Part shown: positions 30,750-42,649 of the stretch, one piece after another
How positions within the stretch are numbered: the stretch's first letter is position 1
How the letters are laid out: each line of letters begins with the position of its first letter
Source of the DNA: an uncultured Nitrospiraceae bacterium
GTDB lineage: Bacteria > Nitrospirota > Nitrospiria > Nitrospirales > Nitrospiraceae
Direction: 5' to 3'
Assembly: GCA_963706325.1 (NCBI GenBank)
Contig: CAVPLT010000007.1
Location: 288,001 to 352,000, forward strand
DNA: 64,000 bases
Translations under genes and position numbers: made by a program
Notes under the pieces: generated by a model
Database searches by the model: none
What the model was told of the DNA's origin: nothing
The model's input: only the letters and a program-made list of their open reading frames with translations

Positions 30750-31227
30750 GATCAGCCTTTGCCGTCCAGGGTAAGCGCCTCGCCTGGTCAGAAACCTGTC
30801 TTTGCTATCGCTCCCTCCACACCGAGATACCATAGCGTGTCTAGCTGGCTTTTGAGAAGGAGATTTCCGCTATGCCTGAGCCAGCGTGGAAAGGGCGAAT
30901 CGGCCAAGCCCGGCCACGGATCCGGACGGAATGGAATTCAAAGCTGAGGGCCGGGGGCGGCTGTCTGTGCCACACGGCAGACCGAGTTCTTTCGTTTAAT
31001 TCGTTTCTTTCGTAAGGAGGAGCGGTAGCGGCGGCCGGGGGATCCGGACCGGTGGGGAATGTTCAAGCGCAAAGGCGGGTGGTCTGGAGGCAGAAACGGC
31101 AGTAACGCCCTCCGTCACAATCTGTCCCATTCCTCGGTTCGGTCGTTTATGTCGTTTCTGTCGTCAGCCCCCATTTAGAAGAGGTGGAGAAGAACACCGT
31201 GACACTGCTTTACTGACTTCTTTCGCT

Positions 31228-32090
31228 TAATGTCCAGCACACGATCCAGCACCTGACCGACCGTCTGTCCCGTCATCCGAAACCCTGCCTCTAGTAGGGG
31301 ACTGTGCCGACTCCAATTATCCACGACCGTCAAGATCCGAAACGGCCGCCCATCGGCCAGCGTATCATGGACAAAATCCATGCTCCAGCGCTCGGTCGGG
31401 CCCACCGGGACTGGAGCCGGGCCTCGGTGCAATGCGATATGTTTTCGTCTCCGCACCCGCATCCGTAGCTGTAATCCATCGAGGCGGTAGAGCCGCCGGA
31501 CGCGTGTGCGATTCACCGGCCAGCCCTCGCGACGCCGTAACACCCCGATGCGCATGGAGCCAAATCGAGGTCGGGCATGGGCCAGATCGCGAATGCGCAA
31601 CCGTCATGCGGACTGAGCCTTAGCCCGACGCCGGCGATACCAAGAGGCTCGGCCGAATTGCGCCAACCGACAGGCCCGCAGGCAACTGACGCGGAAGGTA
31701 TCTTGAAACCAGCCAGCCAGTTCTCGACGGCGTGCGGGCCTTAGACTTTTTTTCGCAGGGCCTCCGACAGCATATGTTTATCGAGCGAGAGGTCTGCCAC
31801 TAGCCGTTTGAGTCGGGCGTTTTCCTCTTCCACCTGGCGCAACCGACGGAGCTCGCTCACGCCCAGATGCGCATACTTCTTTTTCCAGGTGTAGCAGGTG
31901 GCCTCGCTGACGCCGAGCTGCCGACAGAGGTCGCCAGTCGGGGTCCCACTCTCGGCTTGCCGCATGGCATAAACGATCTGCTCTTCAGAGCATCGTGACC
32001 GCTTCATCGATCCACTCCTTTCGTCGAGGACCGCCGCAGCCGCCATGTTACTCTCGTTTTGATCTGCCGTCGCTTTCCGGGGAGACGTCA
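31228..32090 (-). mobile_element. Truncated, inactive IS3-family element
   Basis: Left end TGACGTCTCCCCGGAAA at 32090; orfA 31741-32007 (HTH); A7G -1 frameshift motif near 31746-31753; orfB with WSMDF..ILTVVD, an in-frame TGA at 31604-31606, truncated near 31228. Confidence 0.9.
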
Positions 32091-32334
32091 GCCTTGTCAA
32101 CAGCCCCTCAAGAGAGACATCACGCTGCAGCGGAACATCCAGGGCGACCGGATCACTAGGATGGGGATACAGCTCGCACAGGTATTGGGCTTCCTGACCA
32201 TTCACTGCAGTGAGCACCTCATGGCCTGCTTGAATGAGTGTGAGAACGAAGTCCGCCGGAAAATCTCGGTAAGCATCGATATTGAGAATAACGGGCGGGG
32301 TGGACGTGTGATTTCTTGGCGGGCGGAGTGTCAT
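32091..32334 (-). pseudogene. Receiver (REC) domain fragment interrupted by IS3
   Basis: VILNID..L.QAGHEVLTAVNGQEA..L...P..D.V.LDV resembles a degenerate REC N-half. Confidence 0.5.
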
Positions 32335-32672
32335 ATGGTCATTACGGCCTGGGATCCTCCTTTATTGGCAGATCCGAATTGAAGCTGTACGCGCGTTTTT
32401 ATTCTCCTAAAAATGCAGCTCAAACGTGCGGCGGCCCATGTATGGTGTGCACCAGCACGCGCAAGGCCCCCCGGGGCAGTGTTAGGACGGCGTCAGGAGT
32501 CTACCGGTGCGCCCAAAGTGCGACCCCTACATGGGGAATCCGTAAACGCACAACGGAAGTTGTCGGCATCAATCGGGTCGTGGGGTTTTCGCTCGGAAAC
32601 GCCCAGGGAGAGCGTAGAGAGCGGCTAGAATCACATCCTTCCGGACTAATGTAAGGATATAATCCTATCCCT

Positions 32673-33179
32673 TCATTTGGCCTGGGGATAGTCTTGGAAT
32701 GCCTCGGCGGCTCCCTTGTTGATCATTTCAAAGTTCTTCTCCAAGTTGTCTCCCACCGTCTCGGTGATCACGGCCTGCCACACCCGCTTCTTTTCCGACG
32801 ATTCAACAAGATTCACCACCAAGGTGGCTTCCTGATACTTATCGGCCTCATTCATGCCGAGTAACAAGTGTACCAGCAGGTCTGGGCGGTCTTCCAAGCC
32901 GACTTGCCGAAGTTCCTTGGCGACGAGTTGCTTGTTGACGATTTCTTTGATCCTCAGCCTCAAGGGGGAATTGTTGTCAGTGGCCTCGATCTTTCGCCCT
33001 CTGTCCGTCATCCCCGAATGGGCAAATGTATGAAACGAAGAGAAGTCGGCGGACTGCTCGAAATTCGTGCGCACCTTGACCTCGTACCTCTTATCCTCGT
33101 ACATCTCCTTCAGCTTCGCGCAGCCTCCGGCAGCGAGCAGTCCTAGCGCCAGGCACAGGATCAGGAATCTGATGTTCAT
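32673..33179 (-). CDS. DUF4136-like lipoprotein
   Basis: Lipobox AGGC; ADFSSFHTF, PDLLV, TLVVNLV..VWQA, F..YP. Confidence 0.75.
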   Translation of the reverse strand: MNIRFLILCLALGLLAAGGCAKLKEMYEDKRYEVKVRTNFEQSADFSSFHTFAHSGMTDRGRKIEATDNNSPLRLRIKEIVNKQLVAKELRQVGLEDRPDLLVHLLLGMNEADKYQEATLVVNLVESSEKKRVWQAVITETVGDNLEKNFEMINKGAAEAFQDYPQAK

Positions 33180-34248
33180 CGTAAGTCTCCTCCCCACTAT
33201 GAAGTCTTGTTCAGAAACCACCGGCCCTGAACATATATCAAGTCAGTTGTGGAAACCAATGATCGTGTGAGCTGAACATAGATGTGATCGCCTGAACATG
33301 TGCGTGTCCCAGCATCATCTTGCTGACAGAGGCGAGGTCACGCTGCCTTGCGACTGGTCAAGGAGAAAGGCGCTGTTATAGAGGTAGCTGCGGTCATCCG
33401 GCTGGGCAGGGGATCCGTACGGGTAGCGGCATCAAAAAGATAAGGCCTATGGGGTACTGTCTAGGGCCGTTGAACGAGAAACACGGCGGCGTTGTGTGTG
33501 TTGCCCTAGAAGGCGAGCCCCAGTGAGGCCGGACCGGCCTGACGCCAAAGCCGCCCGGGGGTCTCGCTATGGTGGGACTGCAGAATTTTATTCCGGTTCC
33601 TGTCACGGTTGCCCGCGTGTCCTGGTGTGTCGCCTTGTCCTCTGCCGATGCTGTAGCCCCTCGCTGCTCTTGTCTCGCGGTTGCTGCTGTGTCTCCCGAT
33701 AGGTTCTCCTTACGAGGTCGCACCGTTTTCCTAAACCGCAGTCATTCAGATTATGCCGAGGGACGTGGCAAAGTGAGGGCAGCGAAAGATGGGCGTATGT
33801 TCGGGGATTTGAACCCTGGTGATTTCGTAGGATCTGCTCTCATCCTTAGTGGCATCCCGTCCAACGTAGCTGCGGTGATTGTTGAGCCCCTGCGCGCAAT
33901 GCGGTGGCAGATTGGGATTCTGGAGAAGTATCTCAGCGCCAATTCAGAAACTCTAAACCTGATGCAGCGCATCTCGCCCATAACCTCGCTGGAAAAATCG
34001 GACGTCTGGTTACGGAGTCATCCCAACTTTCTGACGAGAATCCATAAAATTGCATCGCGAGCGTTGAGCCTAGATCAACATACTTATAGCGAATAGTGGC
34101 TTGAAACAGCTCTGGCTATTCGTTGTACTCATTGTGTCGGGTTATGCAAGCGCTGACTAGGACGTCCCATAAGCGACTCGATGTGACCTGGATTCAAACC
34201 GGGAAGACAACGCGTGCGGAGATCGTCCAGCGATGTAGATGCAGGTCT

Positions 34249-34707
34249 CTATTCAATCCTCATAAATTCGCCATGGTACCGATCTTGTGTTTGATTCTTG
34301 GTCCCGTCGACGACAAGGACAACCTTCCCTTTATGGTCATATAACGTAAAACTGACAGCGCGACGATCGGTATCCTCGATCAATCGACCATCGACCATTG
34401 CCACGATTCCCGTCCCAATTGCCATGTCGTCAGCAGTTTGAGCCGCGAACAGATAGGTGTGGTTGGCGCGGATCATGAGACGAGCCGGCCCCTCCGACAA
34501 TAGTGCGCCGTTTTTCTTCAGAGTTCCTTCCCAGTCCGCTACCACCATTCGGACATCGGTTATGGGCACCATTTTCCATGTCGCATCCAGGTGCGCCGGG
34601 CTTCCCGTACAGGCGGCCAATAGTCCAATTACTAAGGCGCCCGCGTACCCTCGAAACGAACTTGCTACTACACCATGCCAAGTCATATACGTCTGTAGAG
34701 AAAACAT
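34249..34707 (-). CDS. Hypothetical lipoprotein
   Basis: LLAAC lipobox followed by a beta-rich domain; start uncertain. Confidence 0.6.
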   Translation of the reverse strand: MFSLQTYMTWHGVVASSFRGYAGALVIGLLAACTGSPAHLDATWKMVPITDVRMVVADWEGTLKKNGALLSEGPARLMIRANHTYLFAAQTADDMAIGTGIVAMVDGRLIEDTDRRAVSFTLYDHKGKVVLVVDGTKNQTQDRYHGEFMRIE

Positions 34708-35550
34708 ATTTCGTCTTTCTGAGTTTCCAATCAAGATGTCTTCCTGGCGTCCAGGGGCAATGGAAGCTTGGACGTCGGTTGGCAGCTCAACTATGAGCAC
34801 GCGTGTCGCCGCCAAGATGCCGCGGATGCACGACCGTGGAAGTCCATTGGCGGTCGGGGCCCATAGGGGCAGTTTAGCCGGGCTAGGAACCTGTCGTGGA
34901 TATACGCCTCTCACAAAAGACATTGGTCATTCTCAGTTGCCAAAGACATGTCAGTAGACCAGCAGGATCTGCCTTGCGATTTCGGCGTTCAAGACGGCTC
35001 CGATCCTATATCCAATTGGATGAAACGAGAATTTGGCTCCTATAATAAATCTGCTCCCGATCGGCATCAACTCCGACAGGAGGCATTTTGAGCTTGCTTG
35101 TCAATTCCGGGTAGTGTCCGTACTATTCATCACCGCAAGACATTTGCCCATCACGCTAGTCTTGAGAAGAACCGCCAGATAAGGTACTTGGCCGTCACTG
35201 ATTCAGGCAGGCCCACGGATGCATTTGAGCTGCCCCAGGAGTTTGTCGCGCGTTCACTGTCGTTCAGTCATACTGGCACTATTAGGGGAAGCCTGACATT
35301 CACAGCCGTCCCATCCGACGCAGGCGTCTCTCCCTCCCCGCGACGTCGTAAAAAAAAGTGTCGCTGTAATAGAAACGGCCTGTCACATGTGCCAGTTGCG
35401 TGTTTCGCCGTCGTCCAGCATACTCTTAGCACATGGAGCATGTCTGGGCTGCTTGAAGTGCCGGAAGGTGGGCAATGACCAATTGACGTTGTACTCGAAG
35501 ACACCCATGCATTGCCGCACTGTTGCTCTCTTGGAAGAGGAGGCTTCACG

Positions 35551-36498
35551 ATGATCTACGGATTGGGAGCAGGAAAAATAGCTCTTCATGCAATTATGCT
35601 GATGTTGTCAGGGAGCCTGATGTCGATGGGATTGCTGGTCGCACATGGGCAACCGGTGCAGCCTCCGCCAGCCCCCATAGAGCCGGTCCCCGTACAGCCG
35701 GTGCCTCCCCAGTCAGTCCCTCTGCAGCCGTCGCCGGCCATGACGCCGACAGAAGCCGAACGGGCCAGGGAAGCCGAGCAGTTGAAACAGGCGGAAAGAG
35801 CGCGCGCGGCTGAACCGGAGGTGAAAACTGAACGGATACAGGTGCGTCCGAGCGAGACGTACGTAGCAGGGTTCGGTGGCTATACATTTGGCGGTAAGAT
35901 TAACAACATGGAAGGCACCGGGTTCCTGTCCGGACTCAATCGCAACGATCGTGATCTTGCGGATTCGGGAGTCTATGGCGGTAAGGTCGGCCATTTCTTT
36001 GGCAATCGAATGGATTGGCTGGGGGTGGAAATGGAAGCGTTCAATTCGACGCCCCATGTGGAGCAGCAAGGACTGGTGCCCGGCAGCCATTTTCGGGTCA
36101 CGACCTTGGCGTTCAATCTTATCGGTCGGCTGAAATTAGGTTGTGAGATGAAAACAGTGCGAACGGAACCACGATCGAGGCGAGAGGGGATACGCTATGA
36201 AACCCAATATGAGCGGGAGTTCTGCCGGCTGCAACCCTATGCTGGGGTTGGGCTTGGCGTCTTCTTTGCCAATCTCTCGACCAATGGCAACAGCGTAACT
36301 GACAATGCCGTGCCGGGCCTTAATGCCTTGGCTGGCCTACGTTTTTACTTCAACGAGCGTATCGCCCTGTTTGGTGAATACAAATATAACTACGCCGTGT
36401 TCGATGCCTCGACGAGTGGCCCCCTGGGAGGAGCAGTGGGATTCAAAGGCGATTATCAGGCTAATCATGTGGTTGGAGGACTTTCGTTCCACTTCTAG
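35551..36498 (+). CDS. Outer-membrane beta-barrel (OmpA-like/porin family) protein with Pro-rich N-terminus
   Basis: Signal peptide, YVAGFGG, G.K.G, QPYAGVG, LFGEYKY, terminal GLSFHF. Confidence 0.85.
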   Translation: MIYGLGAGKIALHAIMLMLSGSLMSMGLLVAHGQPVQPPPAPIEPVPVQPVPPQSVPLQPSPAMTPTEAERAREAEQLKQAERARAAEPEVKTERIQVRPSETYVAGFGGYTFGGKINNMEGTGFLSGLNRNDRDLADSGVYGGKVGHFFGNRMDWLGVEMEAFNSTPHVEQQGLVPGSHFRVTTLAFNLIGRLKLGCEMKTVRTEPRSRREGIRYETQYEREFCRLQPYAGVGLGVFFANLSTNGNSVTDNAVPGLNALAGLRFYFNERIALFGEYKYNYAVFDASTSGPLGGAVGFKGDYQANHVVGGLSFHF

Positions 36499-36844
36499 TT
36501 CATCATGCTCGCGCCGTCGCCGCCTCGGTTCCTTAATCAAGCGGGCCGAACGTTCGACCCTTTCGAACCAACGACTACTAAAGGCGTACCTGTCATCTCT
36601 TCCAAACTCCGCATTGCCTTTCTCACGTGCCAAGAAAGATGTCGGTAGGGCAGGGTCAATACGGATCCTTGTGTCTTAAGATTTCGATCACGGAATTTCA
36701 GGTTGGAAAGTCTCGTTGCCGTTCGTGTACCGTACAGATCGACTGATTTGAAGACCTTGCCCTCTTAACTCTTCCGTTCCCCATACCCTTGTCCGCTGCC
36801 TTCTGCCTTCAGCTGCATGGCGAGAGTCTAATTGCATCTGGTAT

Positions 36845-37429
36845 CTAAAACCCCGTTCCGATGCCGATTCCCCCGCGCGTGCCGCCTCCGCCTCCTCCGA
36901 TTCCGACGCCGATACCAACAGACGGCCGGCCGCTTCGCCTATAAGGATCGGGCGGCTCGTTCCACACGTGGAGGTGCTTGATTGCCATCGTGGGGAATCG
37001 ATATTCCGCTTCATCCACCCGGTCCGTGGTCGCGCCCGTGACTTCAGCGACCATCGTGACCGGTGTCCCGTCAGGCAGCGTGGCTGGGTCTATAGACTGC
37101 GGGTCTAGGGCCAGGAGGCGTCCTTGCGACTCTGAGCGTTGGCTCACGGGCCGTTGATCGCCGTCCAGCGGTAGCTGAAGGACCTCGATCTGCGTCCCTT
37201 CCTTCAGCCGTCTCGCCTTCAGCACTTCACCGCCCACGACGAACATGCGCCCGCGATAGGAATCCGGACTGGCGATGATCTGGTCGAACGTCAGACTTTT
37301 GTCGATCTGCGGCTCCAATGAGTCCGGTACGATGCCGGACGAGGCGCAGCCTAACCACAGAAGAATGTACATGGATAGGGAGCTCAGGAATGCAACGCGT
37401 CGCATAGAGATCTGCACTTGTGCCGTCAT
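36845..37429 (-). CDS. Slp-family outer-membrane lipoprotein
   Basis: LGC lipobox; P.SY.G..V.GGEVL, TQIEVLQLPLD, SQGR.LA, Y.FP..HLHVW. Confidence 0.85.
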   Translation of the reverse strand: MTAQVQISMRRVAFLSSLSMYILLWLGCASSGIVPDSLEPQIDKSLTFDQIIASPDSYRGRMFVVGGEVLKARRLKEGTQIEVLQLPLDGDQRPVSQRSESQGRLLALDPQSIDPATLPDGTPVTMVAEVTGATTDRVDEAEYRFPTMAIKHLHVWNEPPDPYRRSGRPSVGIGVGIGGGGGGTRGGIGIGTGF

Positions 37430-37966
37430 TTCTTTTTCCCCCTGTCGCTTAAAATTATTCAAACGATACTTTCACTCCTGCGGCTTCGCGGCACTTCGGT
37501 GAATAGCGGCTCGAAGGCGACTTCTCAGTTCATTCTGAGACGGACCATGCCCTGTAGCACTCAACCCCAAAATTGCGTATTGTCATACGTGACAGTGGGA
37601 GTTGAGACAAAACTATGTCAAATGGTGCACCCAGGGGAACCGAACACAATGATCAGGACTGCGGCAACACGATACCAGGGAATGATAGCCCACGGATGGT
37701 GGTCTGAACGTAGGTGACAATCCAATGTCCGGCAAATACGATCCCAGTACGATCAAGGGCAACTATCAGGCTTCCTAGGCTGGGTGATTTCTCAGGGAGC
37801 CTATGTCAGTTTTTCCCCTGTGATCCTAAGGAAAGAGCATGGAATACGCAATCACTCACACGAATGTCTAGCAGGGGAAAGGGTGTCTGGAACCATTTAG
37901 CGGCGTGTGGGGACCTGGCTTGGGGCGGCGTGCTTCTCTTTTGCCAATCGCCTGAAAAAATGGGAT

Positions 37967-39721
37967 TCACGCATTTATTCGGGAATGGAACGCGTCGCTT
38001 GCGCTGTTGAGGGTTGCAAACATGAATTCTGGTCCGATGTGGCTGAGCGTGCCGGCACGCTCCAGTGTGGTGCGCACTTCACGGCGTGCGTTCGCCAGAC
38101 CGAAACGGATACTCCTTGCGGCTAACTCTTTCGTCAGTGATTCGAGCATTTCTGCACTAGTGACATCCACCAAATTGATCGTACTTCCATCCACAATGAG
38201 CCACCGGACGTCTGGACGAGCGCCGACAAGTTCCATGACACGGGTCTTGAAGTACCCGGCGTTGAAAAATACGATTGCCGCACCAAACCGATATACCAGC
38301 AGGCCTGGATGAGTAGCGGCGTCTTCGTGGTCTGCCTGAGCATGCCACCCTTTCATCCCAGGCACACGCCCTAGTATCGCATCTCGTGGTCGCGAGGCAC
38401 GCTTGATTAATAAGCTTAACGCCGCGACGACGGCCATGAGAATGCCCTGCAGAAGATCCAGCCAGATTACCCCGAAAGTCGTCACCACGGATAAGGCGCA
38501 TTCGGCCCGGTTGACCCGCCACATATTCTGCAGGGCGCCGACATCAAACAAACCGATCGCAGCCACAATCAATACGGCTCCTAAGGCCGCCACCGGTAGG
38601 TAGCGCAGCAGTTCCGTGAAAAAGAGCACGGCGACCATCGTCACAGCGGCGATGACGCCGGCCATCTGCGTCTTGCCTCCCATGGCATCGTTGACCGCCG
38701 TTCGCGAGTCAGCCCCGGCAACGGCGAAGCCCTGCGATAAACCAGAGGCGATGTGGCAGGCACCCAACGCAATGAACTCCTGATCCACGTCGACCTCGTA
38801 GTGATTCCGTGAGGCAAAACTCCTTGCCGTGACCATGCCACTGCTGAAGCTCACGAGCGCGACGCCCAAGGCGCCGCCAAGGAGTGGTTTGAGCAACTCG
38901 GGATCGAATTCGGGAAACGTCAGCCCCGGCAGTCCACTCGGCAAGAGGCCCACCACGCTCACTCCGTTGGCTTCCAGGTCAAGCCCGTAGACCAACGCCC
39001 CGGCCACCAGCATGGCCAGCAGCGCCGCCGGCGCACGCGGCCACCAGTGCTTGCCGACCAGAATCACCGCAAGAGTTGTCAGTCCGACGGTTAAGGTCGG
39101 CAGATGGGTGTGTGGTAACTTCCCGGCCAGCTCGACGAGCCGGAGGACCATGCCTCGCGAATGCATCGAGAAGCCGAACACTTTCCCCATCTGACCTAGA
39201 AAGATGCTGATAGCAACGCCGTTCAGATATCCAACCAGGATCGGTTTCCCAAGAAAGTCGGCCACGAAGCCGAGCTTAAAGAGACCCGCCGCGATACACA
39301 CGATGCCCGTCAACACCGCCAACGTAATGGACAGGGAACGCAACGCCTGGTGATCGCCAGCTGCAAGCGGCAAGACCGAGGCGGCAAAAACGGCACAGGT
39401 CGCCGCGTCCGGGTTGACGATCAGTTGACGCGAAGTCCCGAACATTGCATACGCCACTAAAGGAAGAATGGCCGCATAGAGGCCGACAATGGGGTCAAAC
39501 CCGATGAGTTGGGCGTAGGCAATCGCCGTCGGTACCGCCACTGCGGCCACTGAAATTCCGGCAACCAGATCGTCACGGAGCCATTCACGACGATAATGGA
39601 GGAGCTGCGAGAGGCCAGGAGCAAAGCGGCCGATCAGAGCCTTGCGGTCAGTCCAAGGAATTGTGGCAGTTTTAAGCATGTCTCCGTTCGACAGCGAGGA
39701 GGATACGCCAGCGGGCTTCAT
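37967..39721 (-). CDS. SulP/SLC26 anion (sulfate/bicarbonate) transporter with STAS domain
   Basis: DLVAGISVAAVAVP..IAYA..GLY, FGTSRQL, SRTAVN, STAS IVFFNA..VDVTS. Confidence 0.93.
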   Translation of the reverse strand: MKPAGVSSSLSNGDMLKTATIPWTDRKALIGRFAPGLSQLLHYRREWLRDDLVAGISVAAVAVPTAIAYAQLIGFDPIVGLYAAILPLVAYAMFGTSRQLIVNPDAATCAVFAASVLPLAAGDHQALRSLSITLAVLTGIVCIAAGLFKLGFVADFLGKPILVGYLNGVAISIFLGQMGKVFGFSMHSRGMVLRLVELAGKLPHTHLPTLTVGLTTLAVILVGKHWWPRAPAALLAMLVAGALVYGLDLEANGVSVVGLLPSGLPGLTFPEFDPELLKPLLGGALGVALVSFSSGMVTARSFASRNHYEVDVDQEFIALGACHIASGLSQGFAVAGADSRTAVNDAMGGKTQMAGVIAAVTMVAVLFFTELLRYLPVAALGAVLIVAAIGLFDVGALQNMWRVNRAECALSVVTTFGVIWLDLLQGILMAVVAALSLLIKRASRPRDAILGRVPGMKGWHAQADHEDAATHPGLLVYRFGAAIVFFNAGYFKTRVMELVGARPDVRWLIVDGSTINLVDVTSAEMLESLTKELAARSIRFGLANARREVRTTLERAGTLSHIGPEFMFATLNSASDAFHSRINA

Positions 39722-40158
39722 AAAGCGAGGGTTGGGTCGGCTACTTGGGATGCCACTGGATGGTTGCCGAGGGCAACGTACGGGCCGACGATGATAGACG
39801 CATTCGGTCTAGTCCTGAGAGTTTAAGAAGAGGGCGAAATTAGAAATTCTTGCCATGGAATCCATATTTGTACTTTTAACTGAAGTGCGATGTCGGAATG
39901 GATAACATGTACCGCGGTCTTTATAGAACCAAGTCTCCAAATTGGTGCAGCAACGAACGTGCTACCTTCCACACGGGGCGGATCACTCGAAGAGCGCATT
40001 TGGAGTTGCCGGAGATGCGACCCCAAACCGTGGAACTGGTGAAGCAGGCAAGTAGTGCCAGTCGTGCCAAAGGCTTCATCACTTGCTTCTCGTACCACTT
40101 GGCATTGAATGTAACCAACTCTTAGGGCCGCCCGGTAAATACCTGTTGCCCTAGTCGC

Positions 40159-40455
40159 CTAACGGCGCGAGTACCGGGACGGACTGAGCACCTCTTGGCC
40201 GGTCTTCGTCACTTCTACGTAGGCGGCACCGTGCTCGCGCATCTTACGGCATGCTTGCAACCGATCAAGCCGTTCGTTGACTCGTGCGTGGGTGCTTGCC
40301 ACCAACCATGCCTCAGACATACGCAGCGAGTAGGTCCGACCGTCCGCTGTCACGGAAAAGACAATGCTGTTCTCCTCTTCCTCCTCGCTGTGTACGTCCG
40401 CGAAGTCATGGAGGCGCAGGTACGACTCAATGAAGTACCGTCTGGCACGGACCAA
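40159..40455 (-). CDS. Hypothetical protein
   Basis: 98 aa ORF with protein-like composition; no family recognised. Confidence 0.45.
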   Translation of the reverse strand: MVRARRYFIESYLRLHDFADVHSEEEEENSIVFSVTADGRTYSLRMSEAWLVASTHARVNERLDRLQACRKMREHGAAYVEVTKTGQEVLSPSRYSRR

Positions 40456-41246
40456 GCGGGAAGACTGCGCAGTCCACTGAGAATGTCTGAGCCGGCACGT
40501 TCTCAGTTATCGTCGCCGCACCGTCACGGAATAGTAGATTCTGAGAACCCATGTAATGAACAGCCGCATGGTGAGTCTCGCCTTTGGTCATGTGGCGTGC
40601 CACACAAGGTAGACTCCCAAGATTAATCTGCGGTTAGGTGGAGCTTAAAAGCTGCTCATTGGACGGGTGGCGGACGCCATCATGCTGCGCCACCGCCGTT
40701 CGTCGGCAGAAGACGCCGCTACCATGACTATGGCGCGCAGGACCGCCTGTTCCCCGCTGTCCGTCCCCTTGATCGCCTGGGTCTTGGTCGCTCGGAAACA
40801 TCCAAGCAGGCGGCGGTTGAACCGACCATCACGCAGCGCCAAAGCCAGATCCGGCGAGGCGGCGGTCCGTTTCCTCCCCGAGGTGAAAGGGTCGGCATGG
40901 CAGGTAGCAGCGTCTCGAGATGAGCGATCAACGGACGTAGCGAATCGCGATGTGGCGTTGAAATGCCAATCGCGTGATAGCATTCGCAGAGAACCAGCGT
41001 CTCATGAGACGAGGGCCCATCGCACTTGTTCAGAATCAGCCACGCGAGGAATCTTGCCCAATCCCGCTATCTGTATCGGCTGTCTCGGTCTCACTGCGGC
41101 TGATGCGTGGGCGATCCACCGCTTGGAACGCCTTACTAAGCAGGAAAGGAGCCGCCATTGTGGTACCTGTACCGATCAGGACAAGGATTGAGAAGAGCGT
41201 ATAGCTGATTCAAATCGCCGAGATGCTTGGCAACCCAGGAAGTGTG

Positions 41247-41643
41247 CTAAGAGGCACGATAGGCCGCGAGCAGATCACTAAGCGCCAGGGTCTTGTTCCG
41301 GAAAATGACCCGATGCGACCCCAACACGTCCAGCGCGGCTCCTTTATCCGTACCACCCATACGCGACTTCGCGCCTAGGGTAAACACCCGCTCGCACTCC
41401 TTGTCGACTTTGGCCAGGACGGCCGGAGTCACCTTGTGAAGGTCCAGGATTTTGGCTCGAGTAGACGCTAAAATTCGCATCGAGTTCCATCTGAGGATAG
41501 CCCATACGCGCGGTGTCGCCTTCGCAGCTATCGATGTATTGAGTCAGAAAGATATACAACCGCATCAAGGTTTCCGCGATCTCAATGTGTTGCGATGCCG
41601 ACTGTGTATCAACGCCAGCCCGCCGCCATTCCGTTGCCGTCAT
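41247..41643 (-). pseudogene. Frameshifted helical hypothetical protein
   Basis: ORF 41344-41643 (HIEIAETLMRLYIFL) appears to continue in ORF 41247-41480 (STRAKILDL..NKTLALSDLLAAYRA) after a shift near 41470. Confidence 0.55.
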
Positions 41644-42143
41644 TTCTATGATCGCTCCCTCTCTGTAAATTCGAGTTGCGATTGCGGCAGTACTGCCACA
41701 ATTGCTGACCGGGTTTATCTGAAATCAACAGGAGGGCGGTACCCCGCGGAGTCTCCGCGCATCCGCGTCATATCTTCACACCCTAGGGAGAGCAAAATGC
41801 GCACCCGCGCCCAGCATGGTGTGCCCTTACATCGAGGCCCGCAGAAAAGGGCATTGTGGTAGGACGCCAGGGTAGTCGATAGTCTTTGCAACGGGTACGC
41901 AAAATTTCACCGAAGCAAGTCACATGGCCGCGGACGGGGCGTCTCACCAAGGACAAAATTTCCTGTCCCGCAGCGGTGGGTGGCTCTTGCAGAGCTGATC
42001 GGGGATGTCCCTCATGAGGACGAACCCCTACCGCGGCGAACAGAACGCGGACTAGGTGTTTACATAACACTCCGATCCACGATCCTTGCAAGAGAGAATG
42101 CACGGAATCTTGTTTGTGCCTGCCAGGTATCAAGGAGGACACA

Positions 42144-42545
42144 ATGAGGAAAATGATGCTGAGCGGCTCTGTTTGCGCCCTAGTCGCCGCCCTTCTGATA
42201 CCTCCATTTGCCTCAGACGCCTTTCCGTCTGTTCCGGACGAACCCGGCGAGGAGTGTCTCGTCGAGCAATCGTTTGATACCATGGTCGGGCTACTTTTCC
42301 GCAGTTACTCGCTGCGGGAGGACGGCTATGTGGATTACCGCACGGCCCGCCACATTTTGGGAATCTCCTATGACGATCCCGCGCATGAAGAGCTAGATGT
42401 TGCCGCTGATCCCATGTTCTATTGGTACGACGCTCACCGTGACGGACAGTGGGAATTGTGGGTCGACCGAGATGAAGAAGGAGCTTCACATGCGGTCAGG
42501 TATGACTGGAAACAAGGCGCCGATCTGATCGCGAATAGAATGTAG
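42144..42545 (+). CDS. Exported hypothetical protein
   Basis: AGGAGG RBS, signal peptide, YSL..DG.VDY.TAR, P.FYW.D...DG.W. Confidence 0.75.
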   Translation: MRKMMLSGSVCALVAALLIPPFASDAFPSVPDEPGEECLVEQSFDTMVGLLFRSYSLREDGYVDYRTARHILGISYDDPAHEELDVAADPMFYWYDAHRDGQWELWVDRDEEGASHAVRYDWKQGADLIANRM

Positions 42546-42649
42546 ACCCTGGTCCGCAAGGTTCCACTCACTTCAGAAGGCATGCCTGAGCCAGTGAGCT
42601 CACACCAAGTATCTTTCCATGTCTCTTGCCGTGGCTCAGTTCCTTAACA

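Noticed and set aside
33227..33299. Three CTGAACAT copies upstream of the DUF4136-like gene
   Set aside because: Short and irregularly spaced; could be an operator but cannot be told from chance
33394..34096. ORFs 33394-33723 (-) and 33569-34096 (+) as genes
   Set aside because: They overlap, have no recognisable family or RBS, and are probably mobile-element debris
39823..41191. Several overlapping ORFs around 39.8-41.2 kb (other than 40159-40455)
   Set aside because: No motifs or consistent frame; a real gene cannot be picked from the sequence alone
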